Shown: piece after piece, positions 38,262 through 50,760 of the stretch
Layout: every line of letters starts with the position of its first letter
How positions within the stretch are numbered: the first letter of the stretch is position 1
Notes under the pieces: generated by a model
Told to the model about the DNA's origin: nothing
Seen by the model: only the letters and a program-made list of their open reading frames with translations
Databases searched by the model: none
Source of the DNA: a bacterium
Lineage (GTDB): Bacteria > Joyebacterota > Joyebacteria > Joyebacterales > Joyebacteraceae
Reading direction: 5' to 3'
Assembly (NCBI GenBank): GCA_025774245.1
Contig: JALGWI010000001.1
Location: forward strand, 20,599-84,598
DNA length: 64,000 nucleotides
Position numbers and translations under genes: made by a program

Positions 38262-39563
38262 CTACTGCGCCAGCTCCGCCCGGAGTCTCGAAAGCCTCTC
38301 CTGGACCAGCCGGTCCATCTCCTCGATTCCCGATGGAAGCGCGGGCCAGGGCTTGCGCGCCGGAACCGTCGCGTACTCGGGAGGGAACCTGTCCAGGTGC
38401 TCGTGCGGCATCATCTCGACCAGAAGACGTCCGTCCATGTCGGTCGGGATCGGCGCTCCGACGAGAGCGAGGAGCGTCGGGGCGAAGTCGATCGTCGCGG
38501 GCCGAAAAGGCGTGTGGCTCCTCTCGAGCCCCTGCCCCCTCACGACGAGGACGCCGGGAGGCCCGTTCACGTGGCCGCCGGAGTATCCGGGGAGGTCGAA
38601 GACCGGGTGGGTGCCGTACGTCGAGCAGACGACGAAGATCGTGTTGTCGTCCGCGAGCCGCAGGAACCTCTCCACGGTCTCGTCGACAAACGCGTAGTAG
38701 TTCGGGAGCACGTCCTCGTAGCGGGCGAACGACGCCGGCAGGTCGTGGAAGAGCTCGGGCGAAGCCGGGGCGATGAAGCGATGCCCGACGGCGTCGAGTC
38801 CGCCGAGGTAGACGAACGAGAGCTGCGGCTCCTCCTCGGCGATGAGCCTCGCCGCCAGATCGGCGACGACCGAGTCTGCGAGGTAGCTCCACCGGGCCGC
38901 CAGGACGTGGTCGAACCACCTCCGGTCGACCGGCAGTGACGGATCGAGGATCTTCTCTCCGAACCCGGCGGCGTATCGCGAGAGGTTCGCGTCCACGACT
39001 CTGGCGATCCGGGCCGCGAGCGCGTCCGAGGCGGTCTCTCCGGCTCCCGAGCCGAAGAGCGCCGGCGCGAGGGACGCTTCGTGCGCGCCGCTCGCGGGCG
39101 AATAGGGCGCCACGACCGTCGGCGCGTCGGGGCCGACCGGCCACGCGCCGGGCCAGCCGACCGCGATGGTCCTGACCCCCGCGTCGGCCGCGATCCTCGC
39201 GACCTCGGGCACCGCTCCGAAGAGCCTCGGGTCGTCGCCCTCCAGTCTCTCCCGCTCGGCGTCGGTCGGGGGGCGGCCGCTCGCGAATCGCGTCCACCCG
39301 ACGTGCGGGAGCACCGGGCGGTCCGCGACGACCTCTCCCGTCATCCCCGCCCGGAGGAGCCGCTCCAGTGCCGGGAGCTTGCCCTGCTCGATGTACCTCC
39401 CGACGAGGAACCAGTCGAGTCCGTCGACCGCGACCACCATGACCCTGACCTCGGTGTCGGGAGCCTCCGTGACCTCGCCTGCCGGCCGCCACACGATGGC
39501 GAAGGCGAGGAACGCAAGTGCGATGGCGAGAAGGACCGCGAGAGTCGTGCGCCTTGTCTTCAT
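38262..39563 (-). CDS. Membrane-anchored alkaline phosphatase superfamily (type I phosphodiesterase/NPP-like) protein, degenerate active site
   Basis: N-terminal TM helix; VVAVDGLDW, GKLP.L..L, YLGGLDAVGHRF, YY.FVD, DFAPTLL.LVG.PIP.DMDGR. Confidence 0.72.
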   Translation of the reverse strand: MKTRRTTLAVLLAIALAFLAFAIVWRPAGEVTEAPDTEVRVMVVAVDGLDWFLVGRYIEQGKLPALERLLRAGMTGEVVADRPVLPHVGWTRFASGRPPTDAERERLEGDDPRLFGAVPEVARIAADAGVRTIAVGWPGAWPVGPDAPTVVAPYSPASGAHEASLAPALFGSGAGETASDALAARIARVVDANLSRYAAGFGEKILDPSLPVDRRWFDHVLAARWSYLADSVVADLAARLIAEEEPQLSFVYLGGLDAVGHRFIAPASPELFHDLPASFARYEDVLPNYYAFVDETVERFLRLADDNTIFVVCSTYGTHPVFDLPGYSGGHVNGPPGVLVVRGQGLERSHTPFRPATIDFAPTLLALVGAPIPTDMDGRLLVEMMPHEHLDRFPPEYATVPARKPWPALPSGIEEMDRLVQERLSRLRAELAQ

Positions 39564-39625
39564 GAGCTGTTTCTCCCAGGCTTTGTTTCTTGCCGAGTGT
39601 AGCTAGTGGTAGTAGACTCAATAGC

Positions 39626-42520
<2,895 letters not shown>

Positions 42521-42601
42521 CGACGGGCGCCCGCCACCATTCCTGACTGAGCCCTCAGATCTGCAGGAGCTTCCTGCCGCCGCGGCGCGTGGAGGAGTAC
42601 G

Positions 42602-43354
42602 ATGAAGGGGAATGGGGGCTCGGCTTCGAGGTTCCGCCCGGGCGACTTCGACACCTGGGCCGAGTACTACGCGCACTACCAGCGCGAGCTCGCGAACCGG
42701 TTCCTGATTCCGTTCCTCGAGAGCCACGGTGTCTCCGTTGACGGAGTGGCGGTGCTCGACATCGGCTGCGGCGACGGTGGGTGCACGACGGCCTTCGCGG
42801 AGCGGGCGGATCGGTGCGTCGGTGTCGACGTCGGCGACTTCCCCTGGGAGAACACCCCGAAGCTCGAGTTTCTGAAGGGCGACATCCTCGATCCGACCGT
42901 CGCGGCCCCGCTCGCCGGACGCTTCGATCTCGTGCTCCTCCGCGACGTCATCGAGCACATCGAAGACAAGGCGAAGCTCCTCGAGCACGTCTCGGCCGCG
43001 ATGAGGGGCGAGGGGAACGTGCTCGTGACCTTCCCGCCGTACTACTCGGCGTTCGGAGCTCACCAGCAGGTCGAGCTCCGCGGGTCGCGGCTCCGCTACG
43101 TTCCCTACATGCACGGGCACCCGGACCTCGCGCACGTCGCCAGGACGAGGATGACGATCGGGGGGTTCGAACGGCTGGTGAAGAAGGGCGGGATGCGGAT
43201 CCGCGCTCGCGCTCTCTATCTTCTCCGGCCCTCGTTCGAACTCCGCTACGGTCTGCCAACGGTCCGTTTCGCCCTGCCCTGGCTCGCGGGCGCCCGCGAG
43301 GTCCTCTCCACCGGAGCGTACTACCTCCTGGAGGACGGAGGGCGTAGCGAGTGA
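42602..43354 (+). CDS. Class I SAM-dependent methyltransferase
   Basis: VLDIGCGDGG, GVD, FDLVLLRDVIEHI, FPPYYSAFGAHQQ. Confidence 0.82.
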   Translation: MKGNGGSASRFRPGDFDTWAEYYAHYQRELANRFLIPFLESHGVSVDGVAVLDIGCGDGGCTTAFAERADRCVGVDVGDFPWENTPKLEFLKGDILDPTVAAPLAGRFDLVLLRDVIEHIEDKAKLLEHVSAAMRGEGNVLVTFPPYYSAFGAHQQVELRGSRLRYVPYMHGHPDLAHVARTRMTIGGFERLVKKGGMRIRARALYLLRPSFELRYGLPTVRFALPWLAGAREVLSTGAYYLLEDGGRSE

Positions 43355-43408
43355 GTGGCCCGGCCGGCCGGAACGCCGCGAAGCACCAGCCTCCGGGCCA
43401 GAAACGGC

Positions 43409-43437
43409 TTGACCCTCCGCGTTGCGCCGCCTAGTAT
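43409..43437 (+). promoter_or_regulatory. Sigma70-like promoter for the gcv operon
   Basis: TTGACC-N17-TAGTAT about 100 nt upstream of gcvT. Confidence 0.5.
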
Positions 43438-43536
43438 CGGAGGATATGTTCAGCCGCCCCCAGGGCGCATCCGTGGTGGCACGTCCACGAACGACGGTCC
43501 CGCGACGACTCGACGAGACGACTCGGGGAGAGGACG

Positions 43537-44679
43537 GTGATCGCGACGATCGTTGCCGAACGGAGAACCGCGCTCTACGAGCAGCACGTGGCTGCCGGCG
43601 CCAGGATGGTCGACTTCTTCGGCTGGGCGATGCCCATCTACTATCGGGGCATCGTCGCCGAGCACGACCGCGTCCGAGCCACGGCGGGCATCTTCGACGT
43701 CTCGCACATGGGGCAGCTCGTGCTGCGTGGCGCCGACGCGCTCGCGGCGGTCGAGCGGGTGACGACCAACCGCGTCGCGTCGCTCAGGGAGGGGCGCGTC
43801 CAGTACTCGATCATGTGCTACGAGCACGGCGGAATCGTCGACGACGCTCTCGTCTATAACCTCGGAGACCGGTACATGCTCGTGGTCAACGCGTCGAACT
43901 GCGACAAGGACCTCGAGTGGATCCGGTCGAACATCTCCGGCGACGTGACGCTCGAGGATCACTCCGACCACACCCAGCTGGTCGCGATCCAGGGACCGGC
44001 GGCGGAGGCGGTGCTCGGGCGGATCGTCGACGTGGACCTCTCGTCGGTCGCGTACGCCCAGTCGCTCCAGCTCGACGTCCTCGGGAAGAGGACGCTCGTC
44101 TCCCGTACCGGATACACCGGCGAGGACGGCTTCGAGATCTACGGCGCCAACGATCACGCCGGACCGGTGTGGGACGCGCTCCTGGAGGAAGGGGCCGCGT
44201 GGGAGGTCGAGCCGATCGGTCTCGGGGCGCGGGACACGTTGCGGCTCGAGATGGGCTACCATCTCTACGGCCAGGACATCGACGAGACGAGGACACCCGT
44301 GGAGGCCGGGCTCTCGTGGGTCGTCAAGACCGACAAGGGCGGTTTCATCGGCCGCGACGCGATCCTCGAGCGGAAGAAGAAGGGGGCGCGCGAGCGCCTC
44401 ACCGGGTTCGAGCTCGAGGGGCGCGGCATCCCGCGGCAGGGACATCGCATCCTCGTCGACGGCGAGGACGCGGGCGTCGTCACGAGCGGGACGTACTCGC
44501 CGAGCCTCGGCAGGGGCATCGGCCTCGGCTACGTGAAGACGGAGAGCGTCAAGGCGGGCGGCGGGAAGATCGGCGTGGGCGCGGAGCTTGCGATCGAGAT
44601 CCGTGGACGCGCGATCCCTGCGAAGACCGTGAGGCCCCCCTTCTATCGGGAAGGGACCGTCCGCAGCAGGAAGGCATAG
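43537..44679 (+). CDS. gcvT: Glycine cleavage system T protein (aminomethyltransferase)
   Basis: GARMVDFFGWAMP, FDVSHMG, VVNASN, SRTGYTGEDGFE, GLGARDTLRLEMG..LYG. Confidence 0.96.
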   Translation: MIATIVAERRTALYEQHVAAGARMVDFFGWAMPIYYRGIVAEHDRVRATAGIFDVSHMGQLVLRGADALAAVERVTTNRVASLREGRVQYSIMCYEHGGIVDDALVYNLGDRYMLVVNASNCDKDLEWIRSNISGDVTLEDHSDHTQLVAIQGPAAEAVLGRIVDVDLSSVAYAQSLQLDVLGKRTLVSRTGYTGEDGFEIYGANDHAGPVWDALLEEGAAWEVEPIGLGARDTLRLEMGYHLYGQDIDETRTPVEAGLSWVVKTDKGGFIGRDAILERKKKGARERLTGFELEGRGIPRQGHRILVDGEDAGVVTSGTYSPSLGRGIGLGYVKTESVKAGGGKIGVGAELAIEIRGRAIPAKTVRPPFYREGTVRSRKA

Positions 44680-44773
44680 GACACAGGCACAGAGGGGCAC
44701 GGACCGGCATCGGGCCGCCCGCGACGGGAGCGGGAGCGAGACGCGGTCCACCGACAGGAGAGCGAGGTTGACG

Positions 44774-45151
44774 ATGGGCAACGGGGACCTCAGGTACACC
44801 GACACGCACGAGTGGCTGAACATCGAGGATGGCGAGGTGACGATCGGCCTCACGGAGTACGCGCAGGGCGAGCTCGGGGACATCGTCTTCATCGAGCTGC
44901 CGGAGGTCGGTCGGGCGGTCGAGACCGGAGACGTTCTGACGACCGTCGAGTCGGTGAAGAGCGTCAGCGAGATCTACGCGCCGGTCGCCGGCGAGATCAC
45001 GGGAGCGAACGAGGCGCTCGACGCGGATCCGGGACTCATCAACACCGACGCGGAGGGCGAGGGGTGGATCTTGAAGATGATGCTCGCCCCCGACGCCGAC
45101 CTGTCGGCCTTCATGACCGCTGAGGATTACAAGGCGCACACGAAGGGGTAG
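44774..45151 (+). CDS. gcvH: Glycine cleavage system H protein
   Basis: YTDTHEW, GLTEYAQGELGDIVF, VESVK lipoyl-Lys, GEGWI. Confidence 0.95.
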   Translation: MGNGDLRYTDTHEWLNIEDGEVTIGLTEYAQGELGDIVFIELPEVGRAVETGDVLTTVESVKSVSEIYAPVAGEITGANEALDADPGLINTDAEGEGWILKMMLAPDADLSAFMTAEDYKAHTKG

Positions 45152-45153
45152 CG

Positions 45154-46509
45154 GTGCCGTACGTTCCGAACACCGACCGCGACCGACGCGCGATGCTCGA
45201 CACGATCGGCGCGGCGTCCGTGGATGAGCTCTTCGCCGACGTTCCGGCCGAGCTCAGAACGTCGGGGGATCTCGACGTTCCGGGCCCCCTCTCGGAGCTC
45301 GAGCTCCTGCGGCACATGCGGAAGCTCGCCTCCGCGAACAGGACGACCGACGACGTCGTGTCGTTCCTGGGCGGGGGCGTCTACGACACCGTCGTGCCGT
45401 CGGCCGTTCGGCACATCACCGGCTTGCCTCACTTCTACACCGCCTACACCCCCTACCAGGCGGAGGCGAGCCAGGGGACGCTCCAGAGCATCTACGAGTT
45501 CCAGTCGCTCATCGCGCGGCTGACGGGCCTCCCCGTCGCGAACGCGTCGATGTACGACGGCGCGTCTGCGGCCGCGGAGGCGTGCGTGGCGGCGCTCGCC
45601 GTCACGAGGAAGAGGAAGATCCTGCTCTCGGCGACGACGAACCCGGCCCTGAGGGCGGTCACGAAGACGTACCTGGGCGCGTCGGGCGCCGAGGTCGTCG
45701 AGCTTCCCTCGCGCGACGGCGTGACTGACGTCGACGTGCTCGGCGACGCCCTCGGGGACGCCGCGGCCGTGGTCGTCCAGCACCCGAACTTCTTCGGGCT
45801 GCTCGAACCGGTCGCCGAGATCGGAGAGCGCGTCTCGGAGTCGAGTGCGCTCCTTGTCTCGTCGGTCGATCCGATCTCCCTCGCGCTCCTGGCACCCCCG
45901 TCCGCGTACGGCGCCGAGATTGCGGTCGGCGAGGGGCAGTGCCTCGGGGCGCCGGTCGCCTTCGGCGGCCCGCTCCTGGGTTTCATGGCGACGACGCGGA
46001 AGCACGTCCGGCGGCTCCCCGGCAGGATCATCGGCGGGGCGACCGACGACGAGGGCCGGCGCGGCTACATCATGACGCTCCAGACGCGCGAGCAGCACAT
46101 CCGTCGTGAGAAGGCCACGTCGAACATCTGCACGAACCAGGGCCTCGTTGCCCTCGGGGCGACGGTCTATCTCTCGCTCCTCGGGAAGGCGGGCTTGAGA
46201 GAGCTGGCCGTCCAGCTCGCCTCGAAGGCGCGCTACGCAGCCGACGCGCTCTCGCACGTGCGGGGCGTCAAGCTCCGCTTCGACGGTCCCTTCTTCCGGG
46301 AGTTCGTGGTCGAGCTTCCGTTCGACGCGGCGCGCACGAAGTGCGAACTCTCGAAGATCGCAATCTGGCCCGGCATCAACTGCGGCTGCTACTACGACGA
46401 CATGAAGAACTGCCTCCTCGTGACCGTCTCCGAACGGCACACGAGGGAGGACATCGATACGCTGGCCTCGGCTCTCGAGGCCATCATCGCTACCGGAGGA
46501 ACGGCGTGA
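45154..46509 (+). CDS. gcvPA: Glycine dehydrogenase (decarboxylating) subunit 1
   Basis: YTAYTPYQAEASQGTLQ, ANASMYDG, PGRIIG, LQTREQHIRREKATSNICTNQ. Confidence 0.96.
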   Translation: MPYVPNTDRDRRAMLDTIGAASVDELFADVPAELRTSGDLDVPGPLSELELLRHMRKLASANRTTDDVVSFLGGGVYDTVVPSAVRHITGLPHFYTAYTPYQAEASQGTLQSIYEFQSLIARLTGLPVANASMYDGASAAAEACVAALAVTRKRKILLSATTNPALRAVTKTYLGASGAEVVELPSRDGVTDVDVLGDALGDAAAVVVQHPNFFGLLEPVAEIGERVSESSALLVSSVDPISLALLAPPSAYGAEIAVGEGQCLGAPVAFGGPLLGFMATTRKHVRRLPGRIIGGATDDEGRRGYIMTLQTREQHIRREKATSNICTNQGLVALGATVYLSLLGKAGLRELAVQLASKARYAADALSHVRGVKLRFDGPFFREFVVELPFDAARTKCELSKIAIWPGINCGCYYDDMKNCLLVTVSERHTREDIDTLASALEAIIATGGTA

Positions 46510-48074
46510 GCACGGCGACCGAGAGGGAGAGAGGCGCCGGGAACGGGCGAGGCGCGGGCAGCGGGCGAGGCGCCGGCAACGGGCGGGACGCCGCGGGCCC
46601 GAACGAGAGGGTGCTCGAGCCGACGATCTTCGAGCTCTCCTCGCCGGGCCGGACGGGACATCGCCTGCCGCCGCTCGACGTCCCCGAGATCGACCTTGGG
46701 GCCGCGTTCGGTACCGCGCTCCGCGAGGCTCCCCCCGAGCTTCCCGAGCTCTCCGAGCCCGAGGTCGTCCGGCACTTCACCCGTCTCGCCGAGATGAACC
46801 ACCACGTCGACCGGGCGATCTACCCTCTCGGATCGTGCACGATGAAGTACAACCCGAAGATCAACGAGGACGTGGCGGCGCTGCCCGGCCTCGCCGGCGT
46901 TCACCCCGAGGCCGAGGGGGAGTACGCGCAGGGCTCGATCGCGCTCCTCCACCACCTCGGACGCCTCCTCTGCGAGATCTCGGGCATGGACGCCGTGAGC
47001 CTCCAGCCGCCGGCGGGAGCCTCGGGCGAGCTCGCAGGGATGCTGATCGTCCGCGCCTACCACTCCGATCGCGGCAACCCCAGGAGCAGGGTCATCGTCC
47101 CGGACTCGGCGCACGGCACGAACCCGGCGAGCGTAGCGCTCGCGGGATACGAGGCCATCGAGATCGCCTCCGGCCCCGACGGGCGGATCGACGTCGACGC
47201 CCTGCGGGCCGCCGTCGACGACGAGACCGCGGCCGTCATGATCACGAACCCGAACACGCTCGGCGTCTTCGAGACGAGGATCCACGAGATCGTCGACGTG
47301 GTCCACGCCGCCGGCGGCCTCGTCTACCTCGACGGCGCGAACCTGAACGCGTCGCTCGGGGTCGTTCGGCCGGGCGACGAGGGGTTCGACATCATGCACT
47401 TCAACCTGCACAAGACGTTCTCGGCGCCGCACGGCGGCGGCGGCCCGGGGTCGGGGCCGGTCGGCGTGATGGCGCACCTGGCCCAGTACCTCCCGTATCC
47501 GGTCGCCGCGCGCGACGAGACGAAGGCCGAGGGATACGAGTACTACATGGACTACGACCGGCCGAAGTCGATCGGCAGGGTGCACGCGGCGTACGGCAAC
47601 TTTCTCGTCGCGGTGAAGGCGTACGCGTACATCCTGACGCTCGGGCCGGCGGGGTTGAGGAGGGTCGCGGAGAACGCGGTCCTCAACGCGAACTACCTCC
47701 AGAAGCTCCTCGCGCCGCACTACGACCTCCCGTACGGGGGATACTGCCAGCACGAGTTCGTGCTCTCGGCGTCGAGGCAGAAGGAGGAGAGCGGGGTCAC
47801 GGCGCTCGACATCGCGAAGCGGCTCCTCGACTACGGGCTTCACGCCCCGACGATCTACTTCCCGCTCATCGTGAAGGAAGCGCTCATGATCGAGCCGACC
47901 GAGACGGAGAGCAGGGAGTCGCTCGACCGCTTCGCCGACGTCATGCTCGCGATCGCGCGCGAGAGCCGGGAGAGCCCCGAACTCGTGACCGGCGCGCCGA
48001 CGACGACACCGGTCGGCCGCCTGGACGAGGCGCGGGCGGCCAAGGACCTGGACGTGGCCTGGGAGAACGACTGA
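46506..48074 (+). CDS. gcvPB: Glycine dehydrogenase (decarboxylating) subunit 2
   Basis: YPLGSCTMKYNP, SAHGTNPAS, NLHKTFS.PHGGGGPG (PLP Lys), EPTETES. GTG start overlaps the gcvPA stop. Confidence 0.96.
   Translation: MSTATERERGAGNGRGAGSGRGAGNGRDAAGPNERVLEPTIFELSSPGRTGHRLPPLDVPEIDLGAAFGTALREAPPELPELSEPEVVRHFTRLAEMNHHVDRAIYPLGSCTMKYNPKINEDVAALPGLAGVHPEAEGEYAQGSIALLHHLGRLLCEISGMDAVSLQPPAGASGELAGMLIVRAYHSDRGNPRSRVIVPDSAHGTNPASVALAGYEAIEIASGPDGRIDVDALRAAVDDETAAVMITNPNTLGVFETRIHEIVDVVHAAGGLVYLDGANLNASLGVVRPGDEGFDIMHFNLHKTFSAPHGGGGPGSGPVGVMAHLAQYLPYPVAARDETKAEGYEYYMDYDRPKSIGRVHAAYGNFLVAVKAYAYILTLGPAGLRRVAENAVLNANYLQKLLAPHYDLPYGGYCQHEFVLSASRQKEESGVTALDIAKRLLDYGLHAPTIYFPLIVKEALMIEPTETESRESLDRFADVMLAIARESRESPELVTGAPTTTPVGRLDEARAAKDLDVAWEND
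46533..46586 (+). repeat. Three imperfect 18-bp tandem repeats encoding GAG[N/S]GR at the GcvPB N-terminus
   Basis: ggcgccgggaacgggcga / ggcgcgggcagcgggcga / ggcgccggcaacgggcgg. Confidence 0.75.
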
Positions 48075-48077
48075 CGC

Positions 48078-48551
48078 GTGGAGAGCCTGACGTGGAGGGC
48101 CTGGCCGATGCTGCGGAGCCCGGTGAGGGCGGCCGTGGCGATCGTGTTCCTGGGGCTCGTCGGGTGGACGCTCCAGACGCTGTTCCACACGGGGTTCTTC
48201 ACGATCGTGGCGGTTCTCCTCCTGTGGAGCCAGGTGGCGGTCTTCTTCCTGCCGACGAAGTACACGCTGACGAGCGAGACCGTGACGGTGAAGGGGATCG
48301 TCAGCAAGAAGGAGAAGGACTGGGACGAGTTCCGGAGCTACTACACGGATCCCAACGGCCTCCTGCTCTCGCCCTTCGTTGAGCGCTCGAGGCTCGAGAA
48401 GTTCCGGGGGGTGTCGCTCCAGTTCCACGGCAACCGGGACGAGGTGATCTCGTTCGTCGAGACGATCATGCGACCCCGTCTCAGGGGGGACACCGATGTG
48501 GGCGATGCGGGACAAGGGGCGCGCGGAGGCGAAGCGGGACGAGCACCGTGA
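48078..48551 (+). CDS. Hypothetical membrane protein (two TM helices plus a PH-like beta domain)
   Basis: Starts 3 nt after the gcvPB stop. Two hydrophobic helices, then FFLPTKY..W.EFRSY..D.NGLLLSPF..SRLE.FRG. Confidence 0.7.
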   Translation: MESLTWRAWPMLRSPVRAAVAIVFLGLVGWTLQTLFHTGFFTIVAVLLLWSQVAVFFLPTKYTLTSETVTVKGIVSKKEKDWDEFRSYYTDPNGLLLSPFVERSRLEKFRGVSLQFHGNRDEVISFVETIMRPRLRGDTDVGDAGQGARGGEAGRAP

Positions 48552-48867
48552 GGTGATGGACCGCTTCGCCCAGAGGGTCATCGATTGGAGGATGACAGCC
48601 GTCGCGATCATGTTCCTCGAGTCGACGAAACCGTTGTCGTTTCTCGGGAACCAGGCCCTCATTTTCTTTCAGCCGATCGTGCAGTCGATCTTCAACTTCA
48701 AGAGCTACGACGAGGTGGCCGAGATCCTCGAGGACAGGGAGAACATCGAGTATCTGTTGTGCAAGATAGAAGCACTGGAAGCAGAGCGGCGTGATGCCGA
48801 GCGGGACGGGAAGCGGAAGAAGAGGGAAGAAAAGCTCGCCGCGAAGAGACTGAAGGAAGGATCCTGA
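48496..48867 (+). CDS. Hypothetical small helical protein
   Basis: AIMFLESTKPLSFLGNQALIFFQP..EDRENIEYL; charged tail; TGATG coupling to the next gene. Start could instead be 48556. Confidence 0.7.
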   Translation: MWAMRDKGRAEAKRDEHREVMDRFAQRVIDWRMTAVAIMFLESTKPLSFLGNQALIFFQPIVQSIFNFKSYDEVAEILEDRENIEYLLCKIEALEAERRDAERDGKRKKREEKLAAKRLKEGS

Positions 48868-50669
48868 TGAGTGAGAACGGGAAGGTCAAGGCCATCGTCG
48901 CGACGGACTGTGGCAGCACGACGACGAAGGCGATCCTCATCAAGCTTGTCGATGGGGAGTATCGGCTGATCGTCCGGGGCGAGGCTCCGACGACGGTCGA
49001 GTCGCCGTTCGAGGACGTGACGCGAGGCGTGCTGAACGCGATCAGGGAGGTGGAGGAGCTCTCGGGTCACGAGATCCTCGACGGCGAGACGATCATCCAT
49101 CCGAACGACGGCAACCGTGGCGTCGATCTCTATCTCTCGACGTCGAGCGCGGGCGGCGGACTCCAGATGATGGTGGCAGGTGTCGTCATGAGCATGACGG
49201 CCGAGAGCGCCGAGCGCGCCGCCCTCGGCGCCGGCGCGATCGTCATGGACGCGCTGGCCTCGAACGACGGGCGGCTCGCGCACGAGAAGATCGAGCGGAT
49301 CAGGCATCTCCGGCCAGACATGATCCTCCTCTCCGGGGGGATCGACGGCGGGACGATCACGCACGTGGTGGAGCTCGGCCAGGTCATCTCCGCGGCCGAT
49401 CCCAAGCCGCGCCTCGGGATCGGGTACAACCTGCCGATCATCTACGCCGGGAACGTGGAAGCCCGCGGCGAGGTCGAGGCCCTCTTGGGCGACAAGACCG
49501 CGCTGTCCCTCGTGGACAACCTGCGGCCGGTCCTCGAGCGGGAGAACCTCGGTCCCGCGAGGGACATGATCCACGACCTCTTCATGGAACACGTCATGGC
49601 GCAGGCGCCGGGCTACAACAAGCTCATGAGCTGGACCGACGCTCCGATCATGCCGACGCCGGGCGCGGTCGGCTCGATCATCGAGACGATCGCGGACCGG
49701 CAGGGGATCGAGGTCGTCGGCGTCGACATCGGCGGCGCCACGACCGACATCTTCTCGGTCTTCCAGAACACGTTCAACCGGACCGTCTCCGCGAACCTCG
49801 GCATGAGCTACTCGGTATCGAACGTCCTCGCCGAGGCCGGGATCGAGAACGTGATGCGCTGGGTCCCGTTCGAGCTTCCCGAGCTCGGTGTCCGGAACCG
49901 CATCAAGAACAAGATGATCAGGCCGACGACCGTCCCACAGGCGCTCGACGACCTCAAGCTCGAGCAGGCGATCGCGCGCGAGGCGCTGCGGCTCGCGTTC
50001 GAGCAGCACAAGTCGTTCGCCGTCGGTCTCAAAGGCGTCCAGCAGGAGAGGACGATCTCCGACGCGTTCAGCCAGTCGGCGTCGGGCGAGACGCTCGTCG
50101 ACATGATGGACCTCGACCTCCTCGTCGGGTCCGGGGGCGTGCTCTCGCACGCTCCGAGGAGGCAGCAGGCGGCGATGATGCTCATCGACGGCTTCCTCCC
50201 CGAGGGCGTGACGCGGCTCGCGGTCGACTCGATCTTCATGATGCCGCAGCTCGGCGTCCTGGCGGAGGTGCACGAGAAGGCCGCGACCGAGGTCTTCGAG
50301 AAGGACTGTCTCATCCACCTCGGCACGCTCGTGGCGCCGGTGGGAACGACGCAGGAGGGGAAGCCCTGCATCAAGCTCGAGGCCTCGCTTCCCGACGGCA
50401 CGTCGATCGACGAGGACATCCCCTTCGGCGAGATGAGGGTCTACCCGCTGGGTGTGGGGGAGACCGTCGACGTCAAGCTCACACCGGCCCGCGGCTTCGA
50501 CGCCGGCGCCGGCGCCGGGAAGGTCATGGAGGCGACGCTCGCAGGCGGGGTCGTGGGGCTCATGGTCGACGCGCGGGGAAGGCCCTTCGCTCTCCCGGTC
50601 GACGCGAGCCAGCGGGTCGCGAAGCTCAGCAGATGGGCGAAGGCGTTCGACGCCTACCCGGAAACGTAG
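48867..50669 (+). CDS. GlmL/MutL-family (glutamate mutase accessory-like) ASKHA ATPase with C-terminal extension
   Basis: ATDCGSTTTK (phosphate-1), SSAGGGL, LLSGGIDGG, YAGN, MPTPGAV, VDIGGATTDIFS (phosphate-2), RTVSANLGMSYS, GSGGVLSHAP, DARGRP. Confidence 0.8.
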   Translation: MSENGKVKAIVATDCGSTTTKAILIKLVDGEYRLIVRGEAPTTVESPFEDVTRGVLNAIREVEELSGHEILDGETIIHPNDGNRGVDLYLSTSSAGGGLQMMVAGVVMSMTAESAERAALGAGAIVMDALASNDGRLAHEKIERIRHLRPDMILLSGGIDGGTITHVVELGQVISAADPKPRLGIGYNLPIIYAGNVEARGEVEALLGDKTALSLVDNLRPVLERENLGPARDMIHDLFMEHVMAQAPGYNKLMSWTDAPIMPTPGAVGSIIETIADRQGIEVVGVDIGGATTDIFSVFQNTFNRTVSANLGMSYSVSNVLAEAGIENVMRWVPFELPELGVRNRIKNKMIRPTTVPQALDDLKLEQAIAREALRLAFEQHKSFAVGLKGVQQERTISDAFSQSASGETLVDMMDLDLLVGSGGVLSHAPRRQQAAMMLIDGFLPEGVTRLAVDSIFMMPQLGVLAEVHEKAATEVFEKDCLIHLGTLVAPVGTTQEGKPCIKLEASLPDGTSIDEDIPFGEMRVYPLGVGETVDVKLTPARGFDAGAGAGKVMEATLAGGVVGLMVDARGRPFALPVDASQRVAKLSRWAKAFDAYPET

Positions 50670-50760
50670 CCCTTGAGGCGCGGCCGGCGCAGACGGAGTC
50701 CGCCGCCGGGAGCCGCGCGGGTATCGGTTACGATCACACTGAGTTCCAGGAGCAGAAGCA

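Noticed and set aside
43355-43536. Glycine riboswitch upstream of gcvT
   Set aside because: No GGAGA...CCGAAG...CTCTCAGG aptamer core is visible, and only about 95 nt separate the putative promoter from the start.
48867-50669. DNA mismatch-repair MutL
   Set aside because: Name coincidence only. The motifs are ASKHA (actin-like), not GHKL.
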